NCBI GenBank assembly: GCA_024704765.1
Contig: JAKMXF010000332.1
Span: forward strand, 1,285,458-1,349,457
DNA from: Oopsacas minuta
Lineage: Eukaryota; Animalia; Porifera
DNA length: 64,000 nucleotides
Direction of reading: 5' to 3'
In this document: in pieces, positions 31,832 to 42,154 of the stretch
Layout: every line of letters begins with the position of its first letter
How positions within the stretch are numbered: position 1 is the first letter of the stretch
Notes under the pieces: generated by a model
What the model saw: the letters and a program-made list of their open reading frames with translations, nothing else
Databases searched by the model: none
What the model was told of the DNA's origin: nothing
Translations under genes and position numbers: made by a program

Positions 31832-33144
31832 CAGGGTGGCTTTTAAGTTCTGTCCCATGATTTATAAGAACCATTTTTCCATGCTGAGTCTTTGCTATTA
31901 GATATATCTTATTAGTTTACCTTATTATACTGTATTTAACATAAATATACAGTTTCAGAGTACAATTGTAGAGAAATTTCAATTTTATTAGTGATGGAAC
32001 GTGAGAGGTCGGCAATTGTAGAATTATTTACAAAAGGACATCCTTCAAGGGAAATTTTGAAGATCCTGAAACTCCCTCTAAACAGAAGGAAATTTGTATA
32101 CCGCACTATTAGGCGATACAAGGATACTGGAAAAGTTGAAGATAGGGCGAGATCAGGCCGTCCGTGCTCAGTAACCACCCCCAGCTTAGGGAAAGTCATC
32201 GCCCAGCGAATTCGCCGAAATCCTAGACGTTCCATAAGGAAAATGGCTCTAGATCTGAAGGTATCAAGATGTGCAATGACTAAAATTGTGAAAAGGGATT
32301 TAGGGATGAGTTCATTCAAGCGTAAGAAGGTACACTTCCTTTCTCAATTGGTAAAGGAAAAAAGGGTTGCAAGATGCAAAGGTGCGTTGGGCCGGTACGC
32401 TGTTGAAAATCTAGAAAAAATATTATTTTCAGATGAGAAAATATTCACTATCCAGGAGGCAACCAATGTACAAAATGATCGTATACTTGCATCATCTCCT
32501 TCCAAAGTCGACGAGAAGTTCAGATATGTTAGCCGAATACAGAACCCTAAGTCGGTGATGGTTTGGGAAGGGGTGTCAAAAATGGGCCGGACACCATTGG
32601 TTTTTGTACCACAAGGGGTAAAAATCAATTCAATTAATTATCGAGAAATGGTTTTGGAGTCAGTATTGAAGAATATAGGCCGAGACATGTTCGGAGGTAC
32701 TTCATTTGTTTTCCAGCAAGACGGGGCGCCAGCACACACTTCTAATGTTACCCAGTCATGGTTACATGACAATTTTCCTGGTTTTATAACCAAGGAAGGA
32801 TGGCCTCCTTACAGTCCTGACCTGAATCCCATGGATTATTCTGTGTGGTCAATTCTCGAGACGAAAGCTTGTGTTAACTCTCACACAAGTATCAAGTCAC
32901 TGAAGAGGAAACTTTGCCAAGAGTGGAATAAAATTCCCCAAAAAACCCTCCGTACTGCTATTGAGGCCTTGCCAGATCGAATTACACGTGTAATACAAAA
33001 TGAGGGAGGCTATATTGAATAAAATTCGCGAAATATGTTTTGTCTCTGAATCATAAATTAGAGCAATAAATATCATTACCAAGCTATATATATATATTGA
33101 TAAATAATAGTTTTTGCATGGGACATAACTTAAAAGCCACCCTG
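31832..33144 (+). mobile_element. Intact Tc1/mariner-superfamily element, DD37D (maT/Bmmar1-like)
   Basis: 28-bp TIRs CAGGGTGGCTTTTAAGTT(C/A)TGTCCCATG with 1 mismatch, TA target duplication on both sides, 1313 bp. Confidence 0.95.
31991..33022 (+). CDS. DD37D transposase, 343 aa, uninterrupted
   Basis: HTH and GRP motif, FSDEK, FQQDGAPAH, WPPYSPDLNPMDY; 37 residues counted between the second and third catalytic D. Confidence 0.92.
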   Translation: MMERERSAIVELFTKGHPSREILKILKLPLNRRKFVYRTIRRYKDTGKVEDRARSGRPCSVTTPSLGKVIAQRIRRNPRRSIRKMALDLKVSRCAMTKIVKRDLGMSSFKRKKVHFLSQLVKEKRVARCKGALGRYAVENLEKILFSDEKIFTIQEATNVQNDRILASSPSKVDEKFRYVSRIQNPKSVMVWEGVSKMGRTPLVFVPQGVKINSINYREMVLESVLKNIGRDMFGGTSFVFQQDGAPAHTSNVTQSWLHDNFPGFITKEGWPPYSPDLNPMDYSVWSILETKACVNSHTSIKSLKRKLCQEWNKIPQKTLRTAIEALPDRITRVIQNEGGYIE

Positions 33145-33471
33145 TATAAAATTTAGCTATTTTGATACTTAAGCTATCGCGCAGCCACCTAGCAAGCGAA
33201 GCGCGCTAGTGTTAAATTAACCCTCCAAAGTTTATGAATTGAAACTTTTTATGGTAAAAATATATAAGAAATACGTTAAGACTAACTAAAATGTTCAAAT
33301 TGGTAGGTATTATTGCCATAAGCTATGATATTACAAAAGTAAGAAAGCAATAAAAATACAAAATATCTCACATGTAATATTATATCTGAAATATAGAAAT
33401 AAAAACGATAAAATATCCTGAAAGCAACCAGTAAGTAAATATGTACACCAAATGCAAATAGTGGAAACACT

Positions 33472-36400
33472 TTAATCTACAAACACAAAGGATTCTAGTC
33501 CAGGCTGAGGTAGATGTGGTAGAACGATATCTTTAGGAAACGTCTTGCGGACAGTTAACTCCTGAAGCTCTTCTTGACGCTTAAGTAGATCAAACAGGTC
33601 TTTCGGGTCATCTAAATAGGTGTCTTCTAGATGGATACCACGGATATTCGTCCTTTGTCCCAAACCGCGAATAACTGGATCCATCGAGTGGAGCGTACGG
33701 GTCAAATCAAGAAATTGTACGTCATACCCATTATCATCATCTGTCTTCTTCTTCTCTCTGGCGAGAAGCAGTTTACGTAACAGAGAAATAGTATTTTCAC
33801 GATCATCTCCCTTATTTATAAAGTCACAAGCATAGAAACGAAGACCAATACTCCTCTTGGGGATTAGTTTCATGTAATGATCTAGTGTTTTAGGATTATT
33901 GAAGTTAGCACATTCAACATCCATGTAGAATCCGGAGAAAGTGTTCTTTCTACAAACAGAAGTAAGTGTGGTAAAGTACTCTCTGTATTTTTTCCCAATT
34001 CTGTAATGATCTTCGTTATCTAACTGGGATCCGCTAAACTTTATGTGAACAATTCTTACAAAAGCATTTTTCAAGCTCTCCACCATCAGCTCGTAATCTT
34101 CTCTATCCATTCGCATCAAATCAACACTAATACATACAAGTGGAGTCTCATATAAATGTTCAGAAGAAAGCACTCTACAGTAGGATGAGAATTCGATTGG
34201 ATCCAATTTCGTGTTTGGGATTATGAAATAGAATTTCCCCAATTGACTCTTTTTCCCATCTTCTGGAGTTGCTTGAGCTTCTTGAGCTTGTTTGAATGCT
34301 AGCATATTTATGTGCTTCGTCTCTACGATATAAGGCAGCGCGCCCAGATGAGATTTCGTATATTTCGCGTACTTTTCCCTTCGATCTACAGTGAGTGTAC
34401 GGATACATCCGTCAAACGGAAGCCATTTTACTTGATCTTCTTGGAAGATACAACTAATCAAGAATACAGCCTCTTTACCCAATAGCCCACAATTGAATTT
34501 AGCTACCATTCTATAGATTTTCAATTTCTCGCCAGTAAAATATTCGAGAAAACCTTTGCGTTTTGGTGCTAAAATTTTTTCTTTTTCATCTTTGAGGAGT
34601 TTTCCTTGGTTCTCATCCTTATACAGATATTCATAACTCATATAGAATGCAGTTAAATACTCCTGAATTGTCAAATGAGGAAAACTGTGATCAGTTTTAG
34701 TGTCTTCGAGTTTCTTGCGCATGGAGGAAACTAACAGGCCAAGCCCGATTGGGAGTTCTTTCCCTTCTAACCCAGGGTTACTTCCAATTTCGTGCTCACG
34801 GAACATAATCTTCCTGATTTTGATTCCATCGAAGGCAATGCGACAAATTTTGAGGTAATAATCATAGACGAAATTTGGCATATTTTCAAGTGTCTCAAAA
34901 GCATAAATTTCAATAGTCTGACTCCTTCTTATTTGACGCCTAATTAAAAACATGATAATTTCCTTGTATGCATCAGTTAGCGTGTTGAGCCCTTTGCTGA
35001 GGAGACTTTGGCTTACTCCTGACTCTTCAATCAGAGAAACTAGCAACTCAATTGTGACAGGAATAAGGGATAACGCATCTAGCTCGCGTTGATTTCTTAA
35101 AACTCTACGCAATCGTCTCTCATAAATTGGAGATTTCTCTCCCAAACGTTTCTTAATATATTCGTTCCTTTGAGCTTTATTAAAGCCTAAAACTTGGTAA
35201 ATCTTTCCCAAACTGATTATAAATCGATACTTATTCATCATTCCGTTGAACGCCCCGACACGACTTGTAATCAACAAACTGCATCCTTTCAGAACATTCA
35301 TCTTCAATATTTGTAACAATAAAGAATCCTCAAAGTAATTCATAGGGAATTCATCCAGTCCGTCAATAATCAGCAGCAAGTTCTTCCCATGTTGGTCAAT
35401 AATGTCCTCTCTTATCGCTTTCCAATTCTCGTAGTCCTCCAAAGCAATTTCAATGAACCGGTCCAGTTTGTCCTTTAGTTTTATCTTTTCATCCTTTTCA
35501 ATCTCTTGCCATTTACTATCTCTGCATGTTACTAAGAGGGTCCAGCGATTCTGAGGGAGATCACCGCAGACATACAGATCTACTATTTTCCTACAGTAAA
35601 TAGATTTACCTGTTCCGGGATTACCGATTAGGACAATTCGTTTGTCCTTATCTTTCGTGAGTTTGTTTAGCAGATCTTTGCCTTTATTGGCATCTGCTGA
35701 ATCGTATTCTGGGAGCCAGGGTCCGCTCCTCTTGACACAGTTCTCTATTTCGAGTTGTCCACTCTCTTCATTTGCTGTAACTTTGTCCACGTCATCAGTA
35801 ATCATAAGATCTACGTATAGATCGCGAAATCTACCAGCTCCACTCTCTGAGGCCAGGATAGGAATATCTACAATGTTAGTTAGCATCAGCTCTTTCAATT
35901 CTAACATTAAATACTCATTTTCAACGTTTGGATTGTAGAGAAATGCGTATAATTCTTCTTCAAATTGTTTCTTGTTTAGCTTAGAAATTTCTGGCATAAA
36001 TTCTCCAATTTCTCTAGCAAGAGCTTCCAAACCATTAGTTTCTTGAAATATGTTCACTAATGGAGTAAGATCATTCGATAAGTAATTCGTTTTTAGCATT
36101 TTGATTGCGAATTTCTCAAAAGTATCTTGTTTGGAATCTGCAAGCATTTCGCCTATATCCTCTTTAGTTAATTTGTTTTTCAGCTTTAACATTAAATTAT
36201 ATACAGTCTTCTCCTCTGTAATACTTTTGGAAAACTCTGTAGTATCCATCCTCTTCACTAAGACCTCATCTAGTTTACGTAACCTATCACCTAGGTTCCG
36301 AGCATTAAAAGAATAACAGTATTCAGATAATTCCATGGGAGTGATGTTAGAATTCAGAAGAACTTTTTGAAGAAGAAGCTTACCGTTCTTTATTTCATTT

Positions 36401-36531
36401 TGTGGGTCAGAAATTTGACAGGTTTCCTTGAGTTGGTGTAACAGATCCTCTCTTATCAGTTTCCCATTCCTGCTACAGAAAATATCGATTTTATCCTTAT
36501 CTTTCTGTGTAGTTCCATCAATCGAGGCCAT
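33472..36531 (-). CDS. NLR-type protein, 1019 aa: predicted tandem DED + NACHT + short degenerate LRR region
   Basis: DLYVDL pre-NACHT motif, Walker A GNPGTGKS, Walker B LLLIIDGLDE, sensor-1 LLITSR, VLGF, winged-helix FPHLTIQEYLTAFY, HD2 YRMVAKFNCGLL; about 4 LRR-like units (VQFLDL, IRGIHL, LQELTV, LESFVF). The N-terminal ~190 aa resemble caspase-8 tandem DEDs by eye. Confidence 0.9.
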   Translation of the reverse strand: MASIDGTTQKDKDKIDIFCSRNGKLIREDLLHQLKETCQISDPQNEIKNGKLLLQKVLLNSNITPMELSEYCYSFNARNLGDRLRKLDEVLVKRMDTTEFSKSITEEKTVYNLMLKLKNKLTKEDIGEMLADSKQDTFEKFAIKMLKTNYLSNDLTPLVNIFQETNGLEALAREIGEFMPEISKLNKKQFEEELYAFLYNPNVENEYLMLELKELMLTNIVDIPILASESGAGRFRDLYVDLMITDDVDKVTANEESGQLEIENCVKRSGPWLPEYDSADANKGKDLLNKLTKDKDKRIVLIGNPGTGKSIYCRKIVDLYVCGDLPQNRWTLLVTCRDSKWQEIEKDEKIKLKDKLDRFIEIALEDYENWKAIREDIIDQHGKNLLLIIDGLDEFPMNYFEDSLLLQILKMNVLKGCSLLITSRVGAFNGMMNKYRFIISLGKIYQVLGFNKAQRNEYIKKRLGEKSPIYERRLRRVLRNQRELDALSLIPVTIELLVSLIEESGVSQSLLSKGLNTLTDAYKEIIMFLIRRQIRRSQTIEIYAFETLENMPNFVYDYYLKICRIAFDGIKIRKIMFREHEIGSNPGLEGKELPIGLGLLVSSMRKKLEDTKTDHSFPHLTIQEYLTAFYMSYEYLYKDENQGKLLKDEKEKILAPKRKGFLEYFTGEKLKIYRMVAKFNCGLLGKEAVFLISCIFQEDQVKWLPFDGCIRTLTVDRREKYAKYTKSHLGALPYIVETKHINMLAFKQAQEAQATPEDGKKSQLGKFYFIIPNTKLDPIEFSSYCRVLSSEHLYETPLVCISVDLMRMDREDYELMVESLKNAFVRIVHIKFSGSQLDNEDHYRIGKKYREYFTTLTSVCRKNTFSGFYMDVECANFNNPKTLDHYMKLIPKRSIGLRFYACDFINKGDDRENTISLLRKLLLAREKKKTDDDNGYDVQFLDLTRTLHSMDPVIRGLGQRTNIRGIHLEDTYLDDPKDLFDLLKRQEELQELTVRKTFPKDIVLPHLPQPGLESFVFVD

Positions 36532-37119
36532 GAAAGAATCAAGGATGTAGAAAGGAAGTCGAGACTTTTTTCTATTGATAAAACTACCTATCGACAGATG
36601 GAATGTGAAATAGCACAGTCGGGTATGCTTATCATGAATAGACTACATAGGCTTATAGGGTGTATATTGTATGTTATACTAGCTGGGTTAGCGGTCGCAG
36701 GGCTCTCAACCTGGAAACCTTCAAAATTGTTAGATTAGCAATTTAGTATTATTGTTCTATGAAAAGACCAGGGATTCTGCAGTATTTATTGACCCGAAAT
36801 TGTTCGAGTATTGCTGCTTTGCAGAATATATACCAGTACTTCAAATTTTGAGCTGAGCGATCACAACACGACACGAACCGTTTCGTGTCTGGTTGATATA
36901 TTCGTGGAGGTCATATCCCAAGCAAATCTTAACCAAAATATGTACATATGAGCATGTACAAATCCTCGGACAGCTAAAACCCACAAATATAGTGCCCCGG
37001 AGGGCACTTTATTTTGTCAACCGTTATACTGTAGTAATCGGGTAAGCTGATTACAAATATGAATTTATCACCAACGTACTGTGAATATGTTGCTACTTTT
37101 ATATTTTGCTCAATTCGAG

Positions 37120-37176
37120 GCACGAAGTGCCGAGGCCCATGCAAGCCGCACAGCGCAAGCAAGCGAAGCGCGCTAG
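37120..37176 (+). mobile_element. Helitron-like 3' terminus
   Basis: GCAAGCGAAGCGCGCTAG|T, identical to the termini at 33209 and 60086. Confidence 0.6.
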
Positions 37177-38852
37177 TCTTAAGTAAACACAGTGGCTTTA
37201 AATGGCTATCCGTAGGCTTTAGGGTCTTGGGTACATTTAAAGTGCATAAAATGTATTATGTACCTATGGGTTATTGCCTATAGCTAGTTGATTGACAGCA
37301 AAATATTTTTGGTATAGCTTCTATTTTTGAGCTATGATGACGTAATCATAATTTACGCAACATATAAACGAGCGTACAATCTATCTAGGTTGTAGTTAGG
37401 GGTATAAAATCTATTATTTACTTATGGGTTAATCACTATTTAAGGTAGATTGACAAGATTGAGAATTTTATAGGGCTTCTATTTTCTTGTTATGATGACA
37501 TAAGCAAAACTATAAAAGTTAAATACCGGAAGTATCTGTGTTATTTGAGTTATTTAGCTAAAGTGTTCACACTAAAATTATGTACCAAGGAATAAAGTGT
37601 TTAGATTATCAATTTAGCGTTCTTTTTGAAGTATTATTACGGAAATAGCAATTTTATCTAAGAAACGAAAATAATTAAATTTTGAAATTTGTCGGGTAAC
37701 TCAGACGTTTTTGCGTGTTCTTAATAACCAACGGTTAATTATTCGTTAAATTTAAATTTAACTATTATAGCCTTATTGCAATTCAAGCGTTTCGTCATGT
37801 CATGGACTCCTCAGTTGCCTCGCCTTTTCCGCAATACACATCAGATGGATCAGTGTTACTTAACGTTTACGTCACAGGGGATATGCCGTTGCGGGTCGCG
37901 TTTCCATTATCTGGGTTCGCCATGATCGGGATTGCGTTGCCTGAATAGCCTCGGTCCCACAAAGTTCGATGTACCTTGCCTTTGAGCGCTTTCGAAAACT
38001 ATTTGTATGGAAGTTGAAGAAGGAGGGCAAGACGGTACTCAAATATTAACGAATAAATAATGTCTTGATCGTTAGTCTGGTGAAACAAATTTGTACATTT
38101 CAGCCTGCAGGTGTGTCCGATTCTTCCATATTCTTTACACTTAAAAACATTCGAAAACCTATCACAACTGGACAGATAGATTAATACGCACTGAAGCACC
38201 ATGTTCAGACTTCAATTCGCTGTATCTTCTCCGAATTGAGGAGAATTCGCCATCTGAAAGATCAAATATCTGGAAGGGAATCGACTGCCGTTCTGAAAGA
38301 TGGTTGAGAGAGAAGAAAATCAAGTGCTTCCTGGTTATTGATTTAGAATTCGAATAGTTGCTAGAAATTTGTTAAATAAAGTAGTATAATTATGAATTGC
38401 TTCAAATTCTGAAATTCGTAAATTAACGGGTCGCTCTATAAATGCGGATACCGACATTTCGCTACTTATTTGATTGGTCAATTTTAATTATTATTTTTAA
38501 TTAAATTATTCCCCTTAAATATTATAAAATCTACCCTTGTAGAATCCCAGTTATAGTTTAGATTATTGTAAGCCGTTCAAAGTATTGCGTCTAAATTGCA
38601 TTGAGTATACTTTCAGAAGTTACGTCAATCAAATAATTCGAAACAACTGATAATGTTTATACATTAATTGGAATGTAAAGCTCAGCAATCATCATCAAAT
38701 TCTAGACTCTGTAAACATCGTACAGCTGTTTTAAGAAGTCAATAAGCTCCAAAATTCAATAAATAGGATTGCTTACTTCAATTGTTCAGATCAGTTTTTC
38801 TCAAACTAATTATTCATATATTCTTATTGTATTTTTTCAATTTTATTCATCG

Positions 38853-40267
38853 ATGGCAGAGCCTCCTTCTGATCAACCATTCAGGTGATCAACACCATCA
38901 GAGGAGGCAAGAAGATGATGGAGGGAGGCTATAAGTTTATGGTATAGAGGAGGATTGGAGATGTGGTGCACTGGCAGTGCGAGGAGAGGGGAAAATGTAA
39001 GGCAAGAATACACACCAAAGGTACAGAGATAGTGAAGCGCACAAGTGAACATACTCATACACCTGGCGAGTAGGCCGTGAGCTGCTGCGAGACGAAGATG
39101 GGTATCAAGAGGAAAGCGCGGGAGTCCCAGGATAGCGCACACCACATAGTGGGCGAGTGTTTGCAGACAGCATCAGAGGGTACTGCTGCTAAACTACCCA
39201 AGCTGGACAGCCTGAAGCGGACAATACAACGCCAACGTGCTAGCGTACTTGCAGCGCCAGTACAGCCTACCACTCTAGCAGAGCTAGCTCTACTAGCAGT
39301 CTACCAGCAGGCAGCCAAAGGAGAACAGTTCTCACTCTACGGCTCTGGTGCAGACGATGTACACAGATTCCTCATCTTCGGGATGCAGCAGCGAAGCAAG
39401 ATCTGGCTAGCTGATGGCACCTTCAAGCCGGCACCTCCCCTCTTCGCTCAGGTGTATGTGGTGCATGGACTCCGTGGAGGAGATGATCCTATGAAGACCG
39501 ATCATCTGTTACCGAGCCTGTTCGTGCTACTGCCCAACAAGACGGAGGCTGCCTACCTGAGGATGTGGGAACAGATCCGCCTACTCTGTCCACTTGCCCA
39601 GCCTCAACAGATGCTCCTGGACATTGAGAAGGGCGCGATTACCAGCTTTGAGCATGTCTGGCCTAACACAGTAGTGAAGTGCTGCTTCTTCCACCTCACA
39701 CAGAATATCTGGCGACATGTGCAGTCTGCCTACACACATGACGAAGAGTTGGCTATGCGCATCCGGAGGATACCAGCCCTTGCTTTTGCCCGACCAGCAG
39801 ACGTACCCGATCTGTTTGATCAAGTGGCAATGGACCTCCCCCTTACGCCTGAGATAGGCGAACTAGTCGACTACTTTGAGAGGACGTATATCGGCCGCAC
39901 AGTTGCCAGCGGATACCATGTAGCGGCGACGTACCCTATTCACTTGTGGAACAACCACATCGGCACGCCCTTAGGGCTCCCCCGTACAACCAACGCTGTA
40001 GAGGCATGGCACCGCAGCTTCAATGCCACTGTCGGCTGCCATCACCCCACCATATGGAAGTTCATCCTCTCCTTCAAGCGTGAGCAGGGCCTAGTGGAGG
40101 TGCGGCATGCTAACTACCTTGTTGACAAACCACCAACCAAGCGGAGGCGGTCCCAACAGACTGAGGAAGCGTTGAAGACTCTAGTTCGTGGATATTATTC
40201 TACAGATCGTTCTAAAATGGAGTTCTTGCAGGGTGTAGCACATCATTTCAGTCTGGGAGCCGATTAA
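38853..40267 (+). pseudogene. FLYWCH-MULE transposase pseudogene, relatively GC-rich
   Basis: GYKFMV*RR..HWQCEERGKCKARIHT..HTH, two in-frame TAG stops and an apparent frameshift near the start; then a 396-aa ORF with WLADGTFK, CCFFHLTQ, PRTTNAVEAWH, CHHPTIWKFI. Confidence 0.9.
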
Positions 40268-40688
40268 TTTGTTAATCTAAAGGATTATCTCTAATCAATG
40301 TATTTGAGGGCTAGATAATACTTTGATTAACATATTAATCGGCTCCCAGACTGAAATGATGTGCTACACCCTGCAAGAACTCCATTTTAGAACGATCTGT
40401 AGAATAATATCCACGAACTAGAGTCTTCAACGCTTCCTCAGTCTGTTGGGACCGCCTCCGCTTGGTTGGTGGTTTGTCAACAAGGTAGTTAGCATACCGC
40501 ACCTCCACTAGGCCCTGCTCACGCTTGAAGGAGAGGATGAACTTCCATATGGTGGGGTGATGGCAGCCGACAGTGGCATTGAAGCTGCGGTGCCATGCCT
40601 CTACAGCGTTGGTTGTACGGGGGAGCCCTAAGGGCGTGCCGATGTGGTTGTTCCACAAGTGAATAGGGTACGTCGCCGCTACATGGTA
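39914..40688. repeat. Long inverted repeat (foldback) of the MULE 3' end
   Basis: Arms 39914-40290 and 40313-40688, ~22-nt loop. Only one mismatch seen in the ~350-bp coding part (CAT/TAT). Confidence 0.95.
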
Positions 40689-41461
40689 GATGCTCTGAAT
40701 ACAGAGAGATGGGTTGCAAAAGTGTGGTAAGAATATCAAATCATCAAATTGTATATATATATATATATATATCCACCCTATGACAATAATTATGAAATTC
40801 ATTAGTAATACAATACGAACCAGAGTAGTAATTCATCTTTAAAGTCCAACAAAGGATCACTCGATAGGGTGGACAATTTTGAGAATGGAATGTTGCTACA
40901 TTCCTGGGATATTCTAACGTTGCAGGGAAAATATAATCCTGAACTTCTCGAGTGACCACTCAAACGACGTGGAATCCTTCAATGATTACAATTATTGACA
41001 TAAAGTTACGTTTCAGATTACACTGAAGGAGTTGTGTCCATTTTAACATTTCAGAATGTCTCCAAGTGTCAATTTTAAGTGGCTAAATATAGAATGCCAA
41101 GCGAGTTATTCATTACACTCACAGTTTCTTAAACTACATGGTCTAGAGAACTAAAAACTGCAGAGAAATGATTGTTGCCAGATGTTGCAAGGTTTCTAGA
41201 AAATATATGTCTGTGCCACCAGACTACAGGCACATAAAAAAATGGAAGACTCTGATTCTAACTATAATTTCTATTCCCTTCATTAACAGTAAAAGTTTTA
41301 AAGAAATCGGGAATATACTTAACCTGATACTCACAACAAGCTTATAAACATGTCAAGCATTGACATATATTTTACATAAATTGTAAAAATGAAGACTATC
41401 AACACAGTCAAGTCTAAATTTAGATCATAAAATATCCATAACACAGCTAGCCTTTAAAATG

Positions 41462-42154
41462 TTAGGAATCTAAGGGCTTGTTAGGATCTTTAACTTTACT
41501 TTCTAAAGGCATACCCTGATATTTAGTTTTCATCTGTAGCGAATAACCTTTGTGTAAATTCTGCTTTGGACTATTGATTGCTTCAAGAAATGAGGATACT
41601 TCTGATTTAAAACATTCCTCACTTAAAGAGGAAATTTCTTCCTTAAGATCTTCGATATCTTTAGCAAGCAAACACAAATCATTATTTTCAAGCATATCTA
41701 CTAATTCAGTAAGATCTTTTGATACTATTTTTGTTACGAATATTTCAAAATTATCTTGACCAGGGAGCTTCTTACTGATGCACTCAGGAGATAACTCGGT
41801 TCGCAGCATTCTCATCAATTTATAGACTGGACTATCTTCAGTAATAGTTTTAACATCCTTTTCATTAGCATCTATTTTTAACCCCAAAGATTCCGCTAAT
41901 TCATATGACTTTGCACCGAGATCAGGAGCATTGAAAGTACGGCAATACTTCGCTAAATCTCTGGGGTCAATATTTTGTTCCTTTAGAATTTTTCCCAAAA
42001 GACTCGAACCTTTTAATTCATTGTCTGCGTCTTCAATAAGACAAACCTCTTTGAGTTTCCGCCCAAGATCATCTGAAACTAGTTTACTATTATTCCTACA
42101 GAAACTGTTGATTTTATTTTCATCACTAACTGCCATAACATGCTTTGAGGCCAT
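41462..42154 (-). CDS. Tandem-DED-like-only paralog of the NLR N-terminus (230 aa), or truncated NLR pseudogene
   Basis: Aligns colinearly with NLR residues ~1-235 (KINSFC/KIDIFC, LKEVCLI/LKETCQI, YCRTFNAPDLG/YCYSFNARNLG, SITEEKTVYNLM/TITEDSPVYKLM) and stops just before the DLYVDL motif. The ORF is uninterrupted. Confidence 0.7.
   Translation of the reverse strand: MASKHVMAVSDENKINSFCRNNSKLVSDDLGRKLKEVCLIEDADNELKGSSLLGKILKEQNIDPRDLAKYCRTFNAPDLGAKSYELAESLGLKIDANEKDVKTITEDSPVYKLMRMLRTELSPECISKKLPGQDNFEIFVTKIVSKDLTELVDMLENNDLCLLAKDIEDLKEEISSLSEECFKSEVSSFLEAINSPKQNLHKGYSLQMKTKYQGMPLESKVKDPNKPLDS

Larger units (their letters stand above)
29708..33209 (+). mobile_element. Helitron-like non-autonomous element interrupted by a MULE and a DD37D transposon
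   Basis: 29708-30059 + 31790-31831 + 33145-33209 reassemble into sequence colinear with the uninterrupted copy at ~59660-60086; ends in CTAGCAAGCGAAGCGCGCTAG|T. Confidence 0.7.

Noticed and set aside
33282-33470. Hydrophobic ORF directly after the NLR stop, suggesting read-through or a TM tail
   Set aside because: Different frame and AT-rich, 3'UTR-like composition.
37790-38340. Moderately GC-rich, coding-looking segment between NLR and MULE
   Set aside because: All minus-strand frames tried have stops and no recognisable motif; needs TBLASTX before any call.
40335-40802. 155-aa minus-strand MULE C-terminal ORF
   Set aside because: It is the inverted arm of the foldback with a non-coding N-terminus; not an independent gene.
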